A stretch of DNA of 52,761 nt from Anthoceros angustus (lineage: Eukaryota; Plantae; Anthocerotophyta), in contig VJWM01000338.1 of NCBI GenBank assembly GCA_010909165.1, positions 1 through 52,761 on the forward strand, in the 5' to 3' direction. This document shows, one piece after another, positions 12,780 to 23,269 of the stretch. The position numbers and the translations under genes were made by a program. The notes beneath the pieces are model-generated. The model did not search any database. It was given only the letters and a program-made list of their open reading frames with translations, and had not been told where the DNA came from. How positions within the stretch are numbered: the first letter of the stretch is position 1; every line of letters starts with the position of its first letter.

Positions 12780-14000
12780 ACGGACACCATGCACCCTCAC
12801 ACGGTCGCACACTTGCGGCAGTAAGACAAGCACACACAGTCGAGATTTGTTCCATTCCTTTCCAGTTGTTTTAGGCCATAGAGACCTTTGATTAGCCTAC
12901 ATACCATGCCTTCTTTGCCTTTGACCTCATAACCCGCAGTTGTTTCATGTATATTTCTTCTTGGATGCGTCCATGCAAATAAGGTTTGACATCCATCATA
13001 TGAAGATGTAAACCATGTTGGGTGACAAGGCAATTATCATTCTAAAGGAGGCAAACTTTGCTCGGAGCATAGGTAGCCGGTATGTAGTCTAAACCCGATA
13101 TGGGTAAAACCTCGCTACTAGTCTTGCCTTGTATCTCTCAATGGAACCATCGCTTACGCTTAATTTTGAAGACCCATTTGCTCCCTATTTTTCTCCCTCA
13201 CGGGTGGTTTGACTAATTCCCATGTAGAGTTCTTAACTAGGGAATCATACTCGAGTCCACCGCGCTGCTTTCCATAAATCCTTCTCGAGGAAAAGCTTGT
13301 TTCAAGGTTAGCTCTTCGTGATCAATTGTAGCTTTATAAACAACTTGATGAAAATGGGAGAAAGGTGAGGAGGGATCATCAAAAGTGGTAAGGTATCCTA
13401 AGGGTGGTTCCTTTCATCCCGCAGCCCAGAGCAGTCGGTTCTTAGGTTGTACCTTAGTGCAGTTGTGCATCTTCGTTGATGACTTGTTCTAAAGAGTTTT
13501 CTTCTTCTTCATATGCTTCAGGAGCTGGTTCAACTATAGGGGGAACCGGCTGATCTGCATCCAGATATTCAGGCTCGAAAAAGTCATCATCCGGGATATC
13601 ATGAATATCGTCAAGGTGTTGAGGAATTTCCATGTCTGGATCTGGAGTAGTGGGTCGTCGTGGAGAAGGTGGCTCCTCCTCCTCCTACAATATAGGTTCA
13701 ACCAAAGGAGAGGAAGGAGAGTAATGTAGGCTAATAATGAAAGATAGTAATTTTATTATATAAGAATTTTTATTTGTATGATATATTTTAATATAATGAT
13801 TTTTTATTTTAACTTTATTCATAATTTCATTAAACCACTCTTGATTGCCTCTTTCTTGTGAAAAGTCTTCAAGCCATGCAAGCGGCCATGAAATTGATGT
13901 AGTGAAAGAGATTGGAGTATATCGCTACGTGTTTAGCCAATGAGTCTTTGTTTTGGTCATTGTCATAGCATGGCATAATAGCATCGGGACAATTTCTTAT
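12780..14000 (-). mobile_element. Ty1/Copia pol fragment (RT N-terminal half, possible pre-integrase remnant)
   Basis: IGSKWVFKIKR..GSIERYKARLVAR, GLDY..TYAP, YEVKGKEGMVCRLIKGLYGLKQ. Confidence 0.85.
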
Positions 14001-14179
14001 TCTATAGCTACGCATATTATAGTTACTAAATCGCATGTTAGAATCTTGACGGGTTCGACCCCGATTTACCCTAGCTCTAAGCGGGCTGCTCAACGTGCTT
14101 GTGGGACGACCACACCAAGGGTGCGAATGTTTTGAATCATGAGCCAGAGCAAGGCTGAACGTGGCCTGAGGCGGAGTGT

Positions 14180-15215
14180 GAAGATGGCGGCGTGCGACAA
14201 GGAAAATTGGCATTTAGGGCTGGAAATAGCTATTGTTGAAGTCCCACCTTGCAGCGCTGTCCATAGGAGAGAACTCCTAGCCTGCAGGGCAATGGACACC
14301 CGTTGCCTGAAAGAAGCCATCACACAAGAAAAGGGGGAGACCAACCGCATTCCTGCGGCTGTGGTAGGCTTTAGCACAGGCCTTGATGAACCTAGAGAAG
14401 TCCTTGCCCATGGCCCCGTGAGTCTCGATGGCAAGGGGGATGAAGGCGTGGCCCACCTCCCCTTACTTTTCCACTACGTTCTTCCTCAACCACTATAAAC
14501 TAATAGCCGCCTAAAGCCCGATTAACCTTTGGCCCTCTTTAGGAGTCGTCGCTCTCGTGGCAGCGCATTGTACTCACGCATCACGCCCGTCCGACGCCAT
14601 GTTCTCGGCGAGGGGACTAGGTTTCCGATGTGGTCGTGGTGCATTATGACCTTGCGGCGGCGTGCAAGCACGTCATCATCAACCCTCCGGGTTGGGTGGC
14701 GGAGAGATGCGCGACGAGCTCACAAGTACTACGTCGTAGCCCTGACCCTCATGGGTGTGGACCTATAGTCGTGGGGTGTCGTTGTAGTGCAGGCGGTGAT
14801 TGACGGAGCATGGTGAGGCGTGGTTGCTCGTGGAGTGAGTTGAGGTTGCTCGGTGAGGGAGCTTGGGGTGTGAAGAGGTGTGTGGTTTGTGCCTTGGATC
14901 TGGTGACCGACAAACAAGAGTCTCATGGGACGAAACCTATTGTACTTAGCGACAGTGGGATAAGTGTGGCCACTAGAGGGTGAATCTCGGAAGCCCCGGG
15001 ATCTGCCTCCCACACTCCTCCTCATCAAATCGGGCCTTTACCTCTTCCTCTCGCCGCCCTTGCACACTGAGCCATGTGAGGGCCAACGCAGCTTGGTCCA
15101 ACAAATCTGACTGGGCCCGGATCATAGATGTGGTTAGTTCCTGCAAATCCACTTGTTGAGGAGGAGGCCAGATGCCATTCCCTCAAGCACCTTCCTTCCC
15201 AATAGGGGTGCGCAC
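14180..15215 (-). mobile_element. CRE-like (RLE-type) non-LTR retrotransposon, decayed 3' part, abutting and truncating the diterpene synthase
   Basis: GHAFIPLAIETHGAMG and FRQRVSIALQ, typical of the C-terminus of restriction-like-endonuclease non-LTR elements; PIGK.G remnant at the junction. Confidence 0.65.
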
Positions 15216-15229
15216 TCTAACCAATTATG

Positions 15230-16586
15230 CCGTCGACCCAGCACGAGAACTGGTCTCCTTGCAGAAAGCCTTGAACACATCTGCATGCACAGTAGACAAG
15301 TATACAGTCACCAAACGTCTAGGATAAGCGCTAGCGCAAGCAGGCGCAAGGATCAAACCTGCAGAAACGGGGTAGCCGTGCTGGCGCAGTAGGCGGAAGC
15401 CCATGCTGGTGTCGTCCAGGTCGGTGACGTTGCAATCGGTGGCCCAGCTCAGTCCCCGTTGTGTCCAGCGCTGGAAGGCGAAGTCCAGGATGTCCTTGAT
15501 CTCGGGCTTGAAGTGGCGCGCGATTCCCAGGCGCTGCAGCCGGTCCACGATCCACAGCCGCTCGAAGATGTCGACAGGCGAGTGGTTGGGGATAACACCC
15601 CGTCGTCTCCACCAGCAGGGTGAGGTACTGCAGCGCCTTGCTGTCGCCGGTGTGCATGTACAAGCAGGCGGTGGAGGCCGGAGAGGTGAGCATGTGGCCG
15701 GCCGGCGACTGCAGCCTCCGGATCTTGTCCCAGTCGATACCCTCAGGGCATCCATCCCTTCCAGTGACGCCAGCAGCGTCGTGGGCTGCGACTGCAGCAA
15801 CTGCACCGGGATCTCCTTCAGCTTGCGCCGCTCCCGCAGAATAGTGATGGTGGCTGGCGCGTCGTACGGCAGGTCCAGGTCCAGCGCCCGCGCCCGCTCC
15901 AGCATGGCCGGGAACACCATCTCGAACCCCACGGTCCTGTGGATCTCGGCCTCGGAATCCACCTGGTGCACGTGCTCCCGGATGAATGCACACCCCCGGC
16001 GACCCGCATCGGGATGCGCGCTCCACGTTCGCAGCGCCAGCACGCACGCTAAAGTCGCCACCAGTCGGTCGTAGACGTTGAACAGGTGCGCGTCGCCCGC
16101 CCAGCATCCGTCGGGAAGCTGGGAGCGCACCACCCACTCCAGCGCTGCAGGAAACTGCGGCCCCGCCGCGCCGCCCACCGCCGGCACCATGGCCACCCAC
16201 GCCGCGTCGTATGGGCTCCCGGAGATGGCCCCGTCCCCGAGCGACCGCAGCATGCTCTGGATGCTCCGGATCGACTCCTGGACCTCCACCACCGCCGGAT
16301 CCGGCACTGGCCGCTCTAGCTTCTGCACCTCCAGGTCGAGCCCAGCTTGTACATCTGCGGCCAGAGCTTGCAGCGGCCCGACTCCGGACGCCTGCCGTGC
16401 TTGTGCCGCCTCATACTTGCCTGGTCCACTACTTCTCTCGATCGAAAGCACGATGCTTCGCGGAAGTTTTCCGGGCCGGCCAATCTGGTAACTACTGCTC
16501 CACTCCGGCAGAGGTACACGGCGTTGCAGAAGAGAACTCGAAGATGCCCCTGCTGCTCTTGGGACACTCGGTGCAGCCATTGCCAT
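15230..16586 (-). pseudogene. Class II diterpene cyclase (CPS-like; transit peptide + gamma + partial beta domain), frameshifted and 3'-truncated as assembled
   Basis: SPYDAAWVAMVP, QLPDGCW, GFEMVFPAML, PTTLLASLEG, IDWDKI..LQSPAG, SPASTA, FERLWIVDRLQRLGI, DLDDTSMGFRLLRQHGY (DxDD at 15411-15422); 78-nt GT-AG intron 15358->15281 at the usual GYxVS|DVF position; frameshifts near 15744, 15600 and 15257. Confidence 0.9.
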
Positions 16587-16669
16587 GTTCAGAAGATTAT
16601 TGAAATGGGCCTCAGGAGTGAGTGAGGAGATACCGGCTCTGTGCTGAAAGACAGGATTCTAGCACTTGC

Positions 16670-16676
16670 TTATATA
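16670..16676 (-). promoter_or_regulatory. Putative TATA box of the diterpene synthase
   Basis: TATATAA on the minus strand about 85 bp upstream of the ATG at 16586. Confidence 0.5.
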
Positions 16677-16899
16677 GAGCCAGGCCTGCCGGGGGCCTAT
16701 TAGCTACCTCAATCACACAAGGTTCGTGGACGGGGGGAATCCAGAATTCCGAAATCTCATCGACTTCCTCCAAAGTGACCGAATGCCGGTCCTGTCTCGA
16801 ACTTATAACCTGGATTCTGGACTCCAACTTATTACCACCTTGATTCTGTACTCTATGTTGTACTTCATGCGTTTAACCTAGTCTGTGAACGTTTTCAGG

Positions 16900-17778
16900 C
16901 CCGTCGCCTAAGGCTAACGCAAACTTAATGAGCCCTGCCATTCGTACCGCCCGTGTGGCCACGCACCCCGATGCAGAGCCGAGAGGCATGAGGCCGGCAT
17001 GCGGGCATGCCTCTCTTTCTTTCCGGTGTCTCCCTTACCGGCAACGGGGCGTCCGTCGTCTCTCCTCTCAACGGCTCCCTCCACCCTCCTCTCAACGGCT
17101 CCGTCCGCGCTCCTTTCAACGCCGTCCTTCCGCACCTGCTCACCCGTCTGTGGTCTCAACCTGTTTCCCCATCCCTGTTCTCGTTCCTTATGCGCGCCAA
17201 AACGAACGTTTCAAGTATTTATAACCCAGTTCTAATGCGGCTCAGTTCAGAGGAAGCTTGACGGGTACGATCGAGCAAGCGAGCGGTAGTCTCTCCAAAA
17301 TTGTGATGTCAGCGGAATGGAACATTTGCCTCACACTCAAGTGCAGACACCGGAGCCCGGCATCTTCACCAAGGAGCATTTGTCATAGGCTGTAGGCAAT
17401 CATCGAGGGAAGATGAAAATGCACATGAATGTGAAGCGCGCTTACATTCCTGCTGACCGTGTAGCTGATTTTATTGCAGGTGAGAAAACATAATCTATTA
17501 CAGTATGTTCAAAATGAACAGGACAGTGAGAGTTCGTGATCGAGTGCTTGGTGAACAGATTGAGACCAGAGATGGGTGACCATAAAGAGGAGCGCGGACG
17601 GGGCCGTTGAGAGGAGCGACGACGGACGCCCCGTTGCCGGAAAAGGAGACGGCGGAAAGAAAGACAAGCATGCCCGCATGCCGGCCTCATGCCTCTCGGC
17701 TTTGCATCGGGGTGCGTGACCACACGGGCGGTACGAATGGCAGGGCTCATTAAGTTTGCGTTAGCCTTAGGCGACGGG
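16900..17778. mobile_element. Non-autonomous Mutator-like element (MULE), 879 bp
   Basis: Long TIRs (~16900-17165 and ~17555-17778, ends CCCGTCGCCTAAGG / CCTTAGGCGACGGG); exact 9-bp TSD GTTTTCAGG at 16891-16899 and 17779-17787; internal AYIPADRVADFIAGE (17440-17484) resembles the N-terminus of SWIM-type MULE transposases. Confidence 0.9.
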
Positions 17779-17900
17779 GTTTTCAGGGCAAGCAGGAATC
17801 TCCGAATAGAAGAGGACGAAGAACCGTACAGCGTCTCGTACGGCCTCTACTACTGAGTTTTCCAGTTGCCCGTGCAATTCTTAGCCTGCTTGTCGGGATG

Positions 17901-18255
17901 GCTCATGGAACACCTAAGAGGTGTTTAGTTGCCATGCCAAGGCTTAGCCTCGAGGGAAAGGAAAGCGTCGGTTAAAAGCTGGCTTAGCCTCGAGGGAAAG
18001 GAAAGCGTCGGTTAAAAGCTGGCTTAGCCTCGAGGGAAAGGAAAGCGTCGGTTAAAAGCTGGCTTAGCCTCGAGGGAAAGGAAAGCGTCGGTTAAAAGCT
18101 GGCTTAGCCTCGAGGGAAAGGAAAGCGTCGGTTAAAAGCTGGCTTAGCCTCGAGGGAAAGGAAAGCGTCGGTTAAAAGCTCATGGAACACCCAAGAGGTG
18201 TTTAGTTGCCATGCCAAGGCTTAGCCTCGACGGAAAGGAAAGCGTCGGTTAAAAG
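17901..18255. repeat. Tandem array: six perfect 40-bp units nested in a duplicated ~78-bp unit
   Basis: GGCTTAGCCTCGAGGGAAAGGAAAGCGTCGGTTAAAAGCT x6 at 17941-18180; flanking unit GCTCATGGAACAC..GTTAAAAG at 17901-17978 and 18178-18255. Confidence 0.95.
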
Positions 18256-18844
18256 AATGTACGTGCTCGGATACTCCATGCCTCCAGGTCGTGACAGAAC
18301 AATGGGCCTGCGGCCCTGCGCCCGTGTGTGCACCAGGCTAGGAATTCAATGCGCGCGCGCAACTCGATGGAAGCCCGCATCTGCATAGCCAGGTGTGCTC
18401 CGCAAATAGTCGCATCTTCATGACGCTGAGGAAAATCGTTGGGGCCGCGGGCCGCGATCGTCCGCGCCGTGCACCCCGAGGATTCTGGGAAAGGAAGGCG
18501 CGCGATTCCCGATTGCAAGCCTGCGCATGCCACAGTGATACTGTTCCTTGTTTCCTTTCCTAGAAAGAAGCGACGCAACGTTCAATGGGACATCCGCGCG
18601 CGGATCCTCTCTGGATCCCGCATTACAGGAGATGCGCGCTGGTTGGATCTGGAGGCAAGCTTGCAAGCACGAGAAATACCCCGCTAGCTGTAAATGTGCA
18701 CCAATATGGACGATCCGCATGCGTGGGTACATAAGAGCATTGTAACAGGTTGATCTGGGCACTGTCGTTGGCTTTCCTTGCTTGCTCACTGTTGAGGGAA
18801 GATCTGTGTGTGCTGTTGGTGTACGTCGCCGGTATACTAGTGCG

Positions 18845-21073
18845 ATGACAGGTGTAGTGGAGCCAGAGATTGCGCCACATGTATTGCAAGATCCTGTGCT
18901 TCTGCTACTCGCCACTGCGCTTGCAGCTGTAGTGGCGCTCGCGTCCCTGCTCTCCATTCTGCGGAACAGGAGGCGGCCCAATCTCCCGCCGAGTCCGCCA
19001 GGGGTGCCGGTGTTCGGGAATTTGGGGGTGTTCGTGAGCACCAGTCTGCCGCATCAGAAGATCACCCAGCTGGCGCACAAGTATGGCCCCATCATGTCTC
19101 TCAAGCTGGGAGCCAAGCTTGCCATCGTCGTCACGTCTCCGGAGATGGCCAAGGAAGTTTTCAAGAACTACGACAAAGAATTTGCTGATCGTCCCCCGTC
19201 GACATTCAAGGAGGCTGCCTGCTACGGCGACCATTGCATGCCATTGCTCGAGTACGGCCCTAACTGGCGGAATCTCAGGTACTCCCATGTGACTCTTTCT
19301 GCAAGCTTTTATCAGTCCACAAGATCTAGCTATATCTCAAGCGCGCGCGCGGCATAGATCGATCCATGTTAGCTAGCCAGATATGACGAATTTACTGATC
19401 ACCCTCAACAAATTCACCGCCGGACTGTTCCGCTATCGCGACCTGCAGGAAAGTTGTGACCTTGGAACTGCTTACTGCCAAGAGGATCCAGCAATTTGAG
19501 GGGGTGCGGAGGGAGGAGGTGTCGGGCATCATTCGTTCCATTCTGGAGGACAACCGAAACGGGGAGCATGTCGACATGGACAAAAAGAGCACCTATGTGA
19601 TCATGAACATTGCCACCCGCATTCTCATGAGCAAGAGATTCTACGCCTACAGCAAAGAGTCCAGAGAACAACAAGCTGCAGGCCGTGAGGTATATAATAA
19701 TACATCAGCTTTCACATATAAACTTGTCATCTCAGGTTCCAACTGTAGACATCCCAGGATACTATTGTCTTGAAAACTTGAGTCGATAGCACCAGCATGG
19801 TTACACACAATTGGTTCTAGATAGATCGCGTTCTAATATCATTGATAGATTATTGATGGGATGTCCAGAAGAATAATCAGACTGAGGACCTGAGCGACGA
19901 GTTTAAGAGGCTTGTGAGCGAAGTGGCCTCATTGGCCAGCATTCCTCTCATCGGGGATGTCATCCCCTACCTGGGTTTTCTGGATCGGGTGCAAAACCGC
20001 AAGGGCAAGATGGTCAAAGTCCACAACAGGTACGACTCGTTTCTGGATGGAATCCTGAAGGAGCATCGAGAGACCCGGGCTGCCCACGTGGGCGAGCCCC
20101 GAGATTTCGTTGATGTTTTGCTCGATCTGCCGCAAGAAGCAGGAGAAAAAGAAGGGGTCCGGGACGATCGCATCAAAGCACTTGTCATGGTAAGAACATG
20201 TACGCCTGTCATCGTGCACCAGTTAAGTCATACAGTCCTGACTAAATGATCTTGATACTTCATGACCGACTGCATACAAGTATATGCATATATTGCTGGC
20301 CTGCAGGACATGATCAACGCAGGAGTGCATTCGACCAGCCTGTGCATGGAGTGGGCCATGGCGGAGCTCATCCGGAATCCTGGCGTCATGAAGAAGCTGC
20401 AGGCTGAAATCGACGGAATTGTGGGCCGCGACAGGCAGGTGATGGAAGCCGACGTTGCTCAGGCCAGCTACCTGCAAGCCTTCTTGAAGGAGGTGTTAAG
20501 ACTCCACCCTCCTGGACCACTGGCCATTCCTCGCCAGTCTAATGAATGGTGCAAGGTGGCCGGCTACGACATCCCCCCCAACACCCAACTCTTCCTCAAC
20601 GTCTGGGGCATCTGCCGGGACCCCACTGTATGGCCAGACCCGCTTCACTTCCAGCCTGAACGATTCCTTACCAGGTAATTAATGTTTCTAGCACTAGAAG
20701 TATGTATGCCTGCATTACCATCTCTCTTCTGTTCAACCACAAATCCCAGACCTCTAAGCTTGTTTAAATGACAAGATTGATATAGAACGTAAACCAAAGA
20801 CACGGTTTGGCCTGCAGTGACATCGACTTCAAGGGCCATCACTACGAGTTTCTCCCCTTTGGAACTGGGAGGAGAGGGTGCCCAGGGATGAACATGGCCT
20901 TGATTCTGCTGAGCTACACTTTGGCCAGGCTTGTGCACAGCTTCGACTGGGCTCTCCCGGATGGGCAAAAGCCCGAAGACTTGGACATGTCCGAGAAGTT
21001 CGAGCTGGCGCTCCCCAGAGCTCAACCTTTGATCGTAGTCCCAACTCCTCGACTAGCAGATCATATGTACTGA
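18845..21073 (+). CDS. Cytochrome P450, CYP71 clan (A-type), 5 exons, ~535-539 aa, apparently intact
   Basis: Exons 18845-19278, 19449-19689, 19869 (or 19881)-20189, 20307-20674, 20818-21073 with GT-AG introns in consistent phase; TM anchor, LPPSPPGVPVFGNL, KYGPIMSLKLG, EVLRLHPP (ExxR), PERF, FGTGRRGCPG (20858-20887). Confidence 0.95.
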
Positions 21074-22139
21074 CGGATTTTTCAATCACTCCGGATTTCA
21101 CTTTGCAATCTGAACTTAGAAAGTGCGAAACCTGAACTAGTTAATGGTAGGATATCTCAAAAGAAATGTGAGCTTACAACTTGGAAGCAAGGACTTGGTT
21201 ATGCAGATATAAACCGGATCTCCCGGATTGCCTCTTATATACATATGGCATACATAAATTTCAAGTCAAATTTCTATAACCAAACTCTCTGTAAATATGC
21301 TTTTAAATAAAAATTCAGCATAAAAATATAATTAAAACTATAATTCGATTCCAATTTATGAACCATTGCAAATGTAGATTACCTAGATATATTATTTGTT
21401 TACTTCTGTATCATCTATATAAGTAAAATATTTAAGCCATATGTAGATACTTAAAAGCCAAAAACACATTCGATAGAATGAGTATATTTGGAAAACATTA
21501 TAAAATGATTCTTTAAATATAAAATAATTTTAATATTATAATTTATATATTCTATAATACTAACTATTATACTATAAAATATGTATATTTAAATAGAATT
21601 ATTTTGACTCCACATGCCTGCATGTATGTGCCTCCTTATCTTTATACAAGGGGGGACCGCGTACTCAAGGCTTCATACGAGGGAAGCCAACATGCCCGGA
21701 TTCACTAGAACTATTTAAACACACCACGCGAGGTCCGAGAGAAGTCAATCTCGGATGTATCAATTGAGCATCTAACTAATTTAAGATGTAAAAACCAAAC
21801 AGTACGCAACATCAATATCATCAGTCAATTTTGAGAAGAACTAAAAGATGTTGGCACAAACATTACCAAGCATAATTTGATCGTCAGTATACTTGTGATT
21901 CCCCAACCGAGGCTTGAGTCTCAATAAGAGCTGAGTTTCTAAATGGGATTGAATGAGTTGATGTTCTGATACGAGATTGGGAATGAGAGATTGGGAAAAA
22001 AATGAGGAAAAAAAATGAAGATGAGAATGGAGTGGTTGAATAACAAGCAAATGGTGCGTTTGAAGTTGTCTGTACATGATAGCTGGTGGCACATGTGGAA
22101 ACTCATGATGTGTGTGAGTCCACCGGTGAGATGAACACG

Positions 22140-23260
22140 ATTTTTTGGGGTGAATATATAGGAAGGGGGTTTTGTGCCTTTTATCTGCCGAAGGGAGTTT
22201 CACATAGGTATTGAACTCGTGTTTTCAGGGTATGGGTGAAACAAAGTAAAAGAAGGGTATCAATTTGTGTCAACCAAGTCTTAAATGCAGTATGCTAGCG
22301 AAGGGTTATGGTTTAAGAGTATACCTCATTTTGGGTGCATTTAAGACCCATGGACAAGGGCCATTGCTACCGGTCACCCTACAAAAAAATGACTATGCGA
22401 CAGAGCGACATGCATAAATCATGAAGAGTAACGCTATTCTCATCGCAACCACAGAGACCCCTAAAAGTCAGGATGAGATTTTGTTGACTGCACCCTAACA
22501 TCTGTGGGGAGCATGACAGTGAGGGAAGGTGGCGACCACCGGCCTGGCGATGACACATCGCGACTGTCGTACACTCGCAGGCCAATATTGGGACCCGTTT
22601 GGAAAGGGTCTTTGGGGTTTGGGGTTTGGGGTTTGGGGTTTGGGAAGGGCTTTGGCATAGCCTCAATTGTGCTCGCAGATATATTCATATGATTCGGTCC
22701 CACTAACTACAGTAGATTAAAGAGAAATGGTATGCGGCAACTAGTCCATTGACATATCGCTCGGGGAAAAATGCCTGTAGGGATCATCCTGTCCTGCCTG
22801 ACAATATGCAGCAATGCAGAGCACGGGCCCACTGGCACCCTCCCCATAGGACCTTAAGCATGTAATGGAAAAAGGTTTGAACCTTGGTAAATATCAAGTA
22901 TTTCAAGTTTGTAACGGCTCACACAGGACAACCGCAAACAAAATCCTACTCTCGGCCAAGATGCTTTTGAAGAATATGTGCTCAGCTTGCAAATGGACAC
23001 TCCAAAAGCCTAAAGCATGCCCTTACCAGTTGCCCGCCGAAGATAAGCCAACATTCTGAGAGTTTCCTACTCTTTTCCCGAATGCACGCCATCATCTTCG
23101 CTGGGCACGGCATCATCACCGTCATCTTCACTGTCCTCAATGGCACTTTGACTCGCTGATTGAATAAAGCCTTGCAATTCAATCAACTTATCCTTGATTG
23201 CCTTTTTATCCATAGCATACAAATGTTTCTGTGCATTCAAGTTGATCATCTTCGCCCGGT
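22140..23260 (-). pseudogene. Paralogous 3' part of the long DUF7869-transposon gene
   Basis: Colinear nucleotide homology with 3180-4240; KHLYAMDKKAIKDKLIEL..EDSEDDGDD. Confidence 0.65.
22611..22644. repeat. (TTTGGGG)~5 heptamer run, telomere-like variant
   Basis: TTTGGGG x4 + TTTGGG read directly. Confidence 0.9.
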
Positions 23261-23269
23261 TCAGCCAGG

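Noticed and set aside
13820-14000. Continuation of the diterpene synthase after the CRE insertion
   Set aside because: No frame gives convincing NLxRxSQ/FPGE or later motifs; it fits a Copia pre-integrase remnant better
15403-16491. Long plus-strand ORFs overlapping the diterpene synthase (and similar overlapping ORFs at 23261-24714)
   Set aside because: Antisense or alternative-frame shadows of GC-rich coding DNA with no motifs
17941-18180. CRISPR-like array
   Set aside because: Units are directly adjacent with no unique spacers, no cas genes, eukaryotic context
21290-21610. AT-rich tract downstream of the P450 as a MITE or Helitron
   Set aside because: No TIR, TSD or terminal hairpin identified
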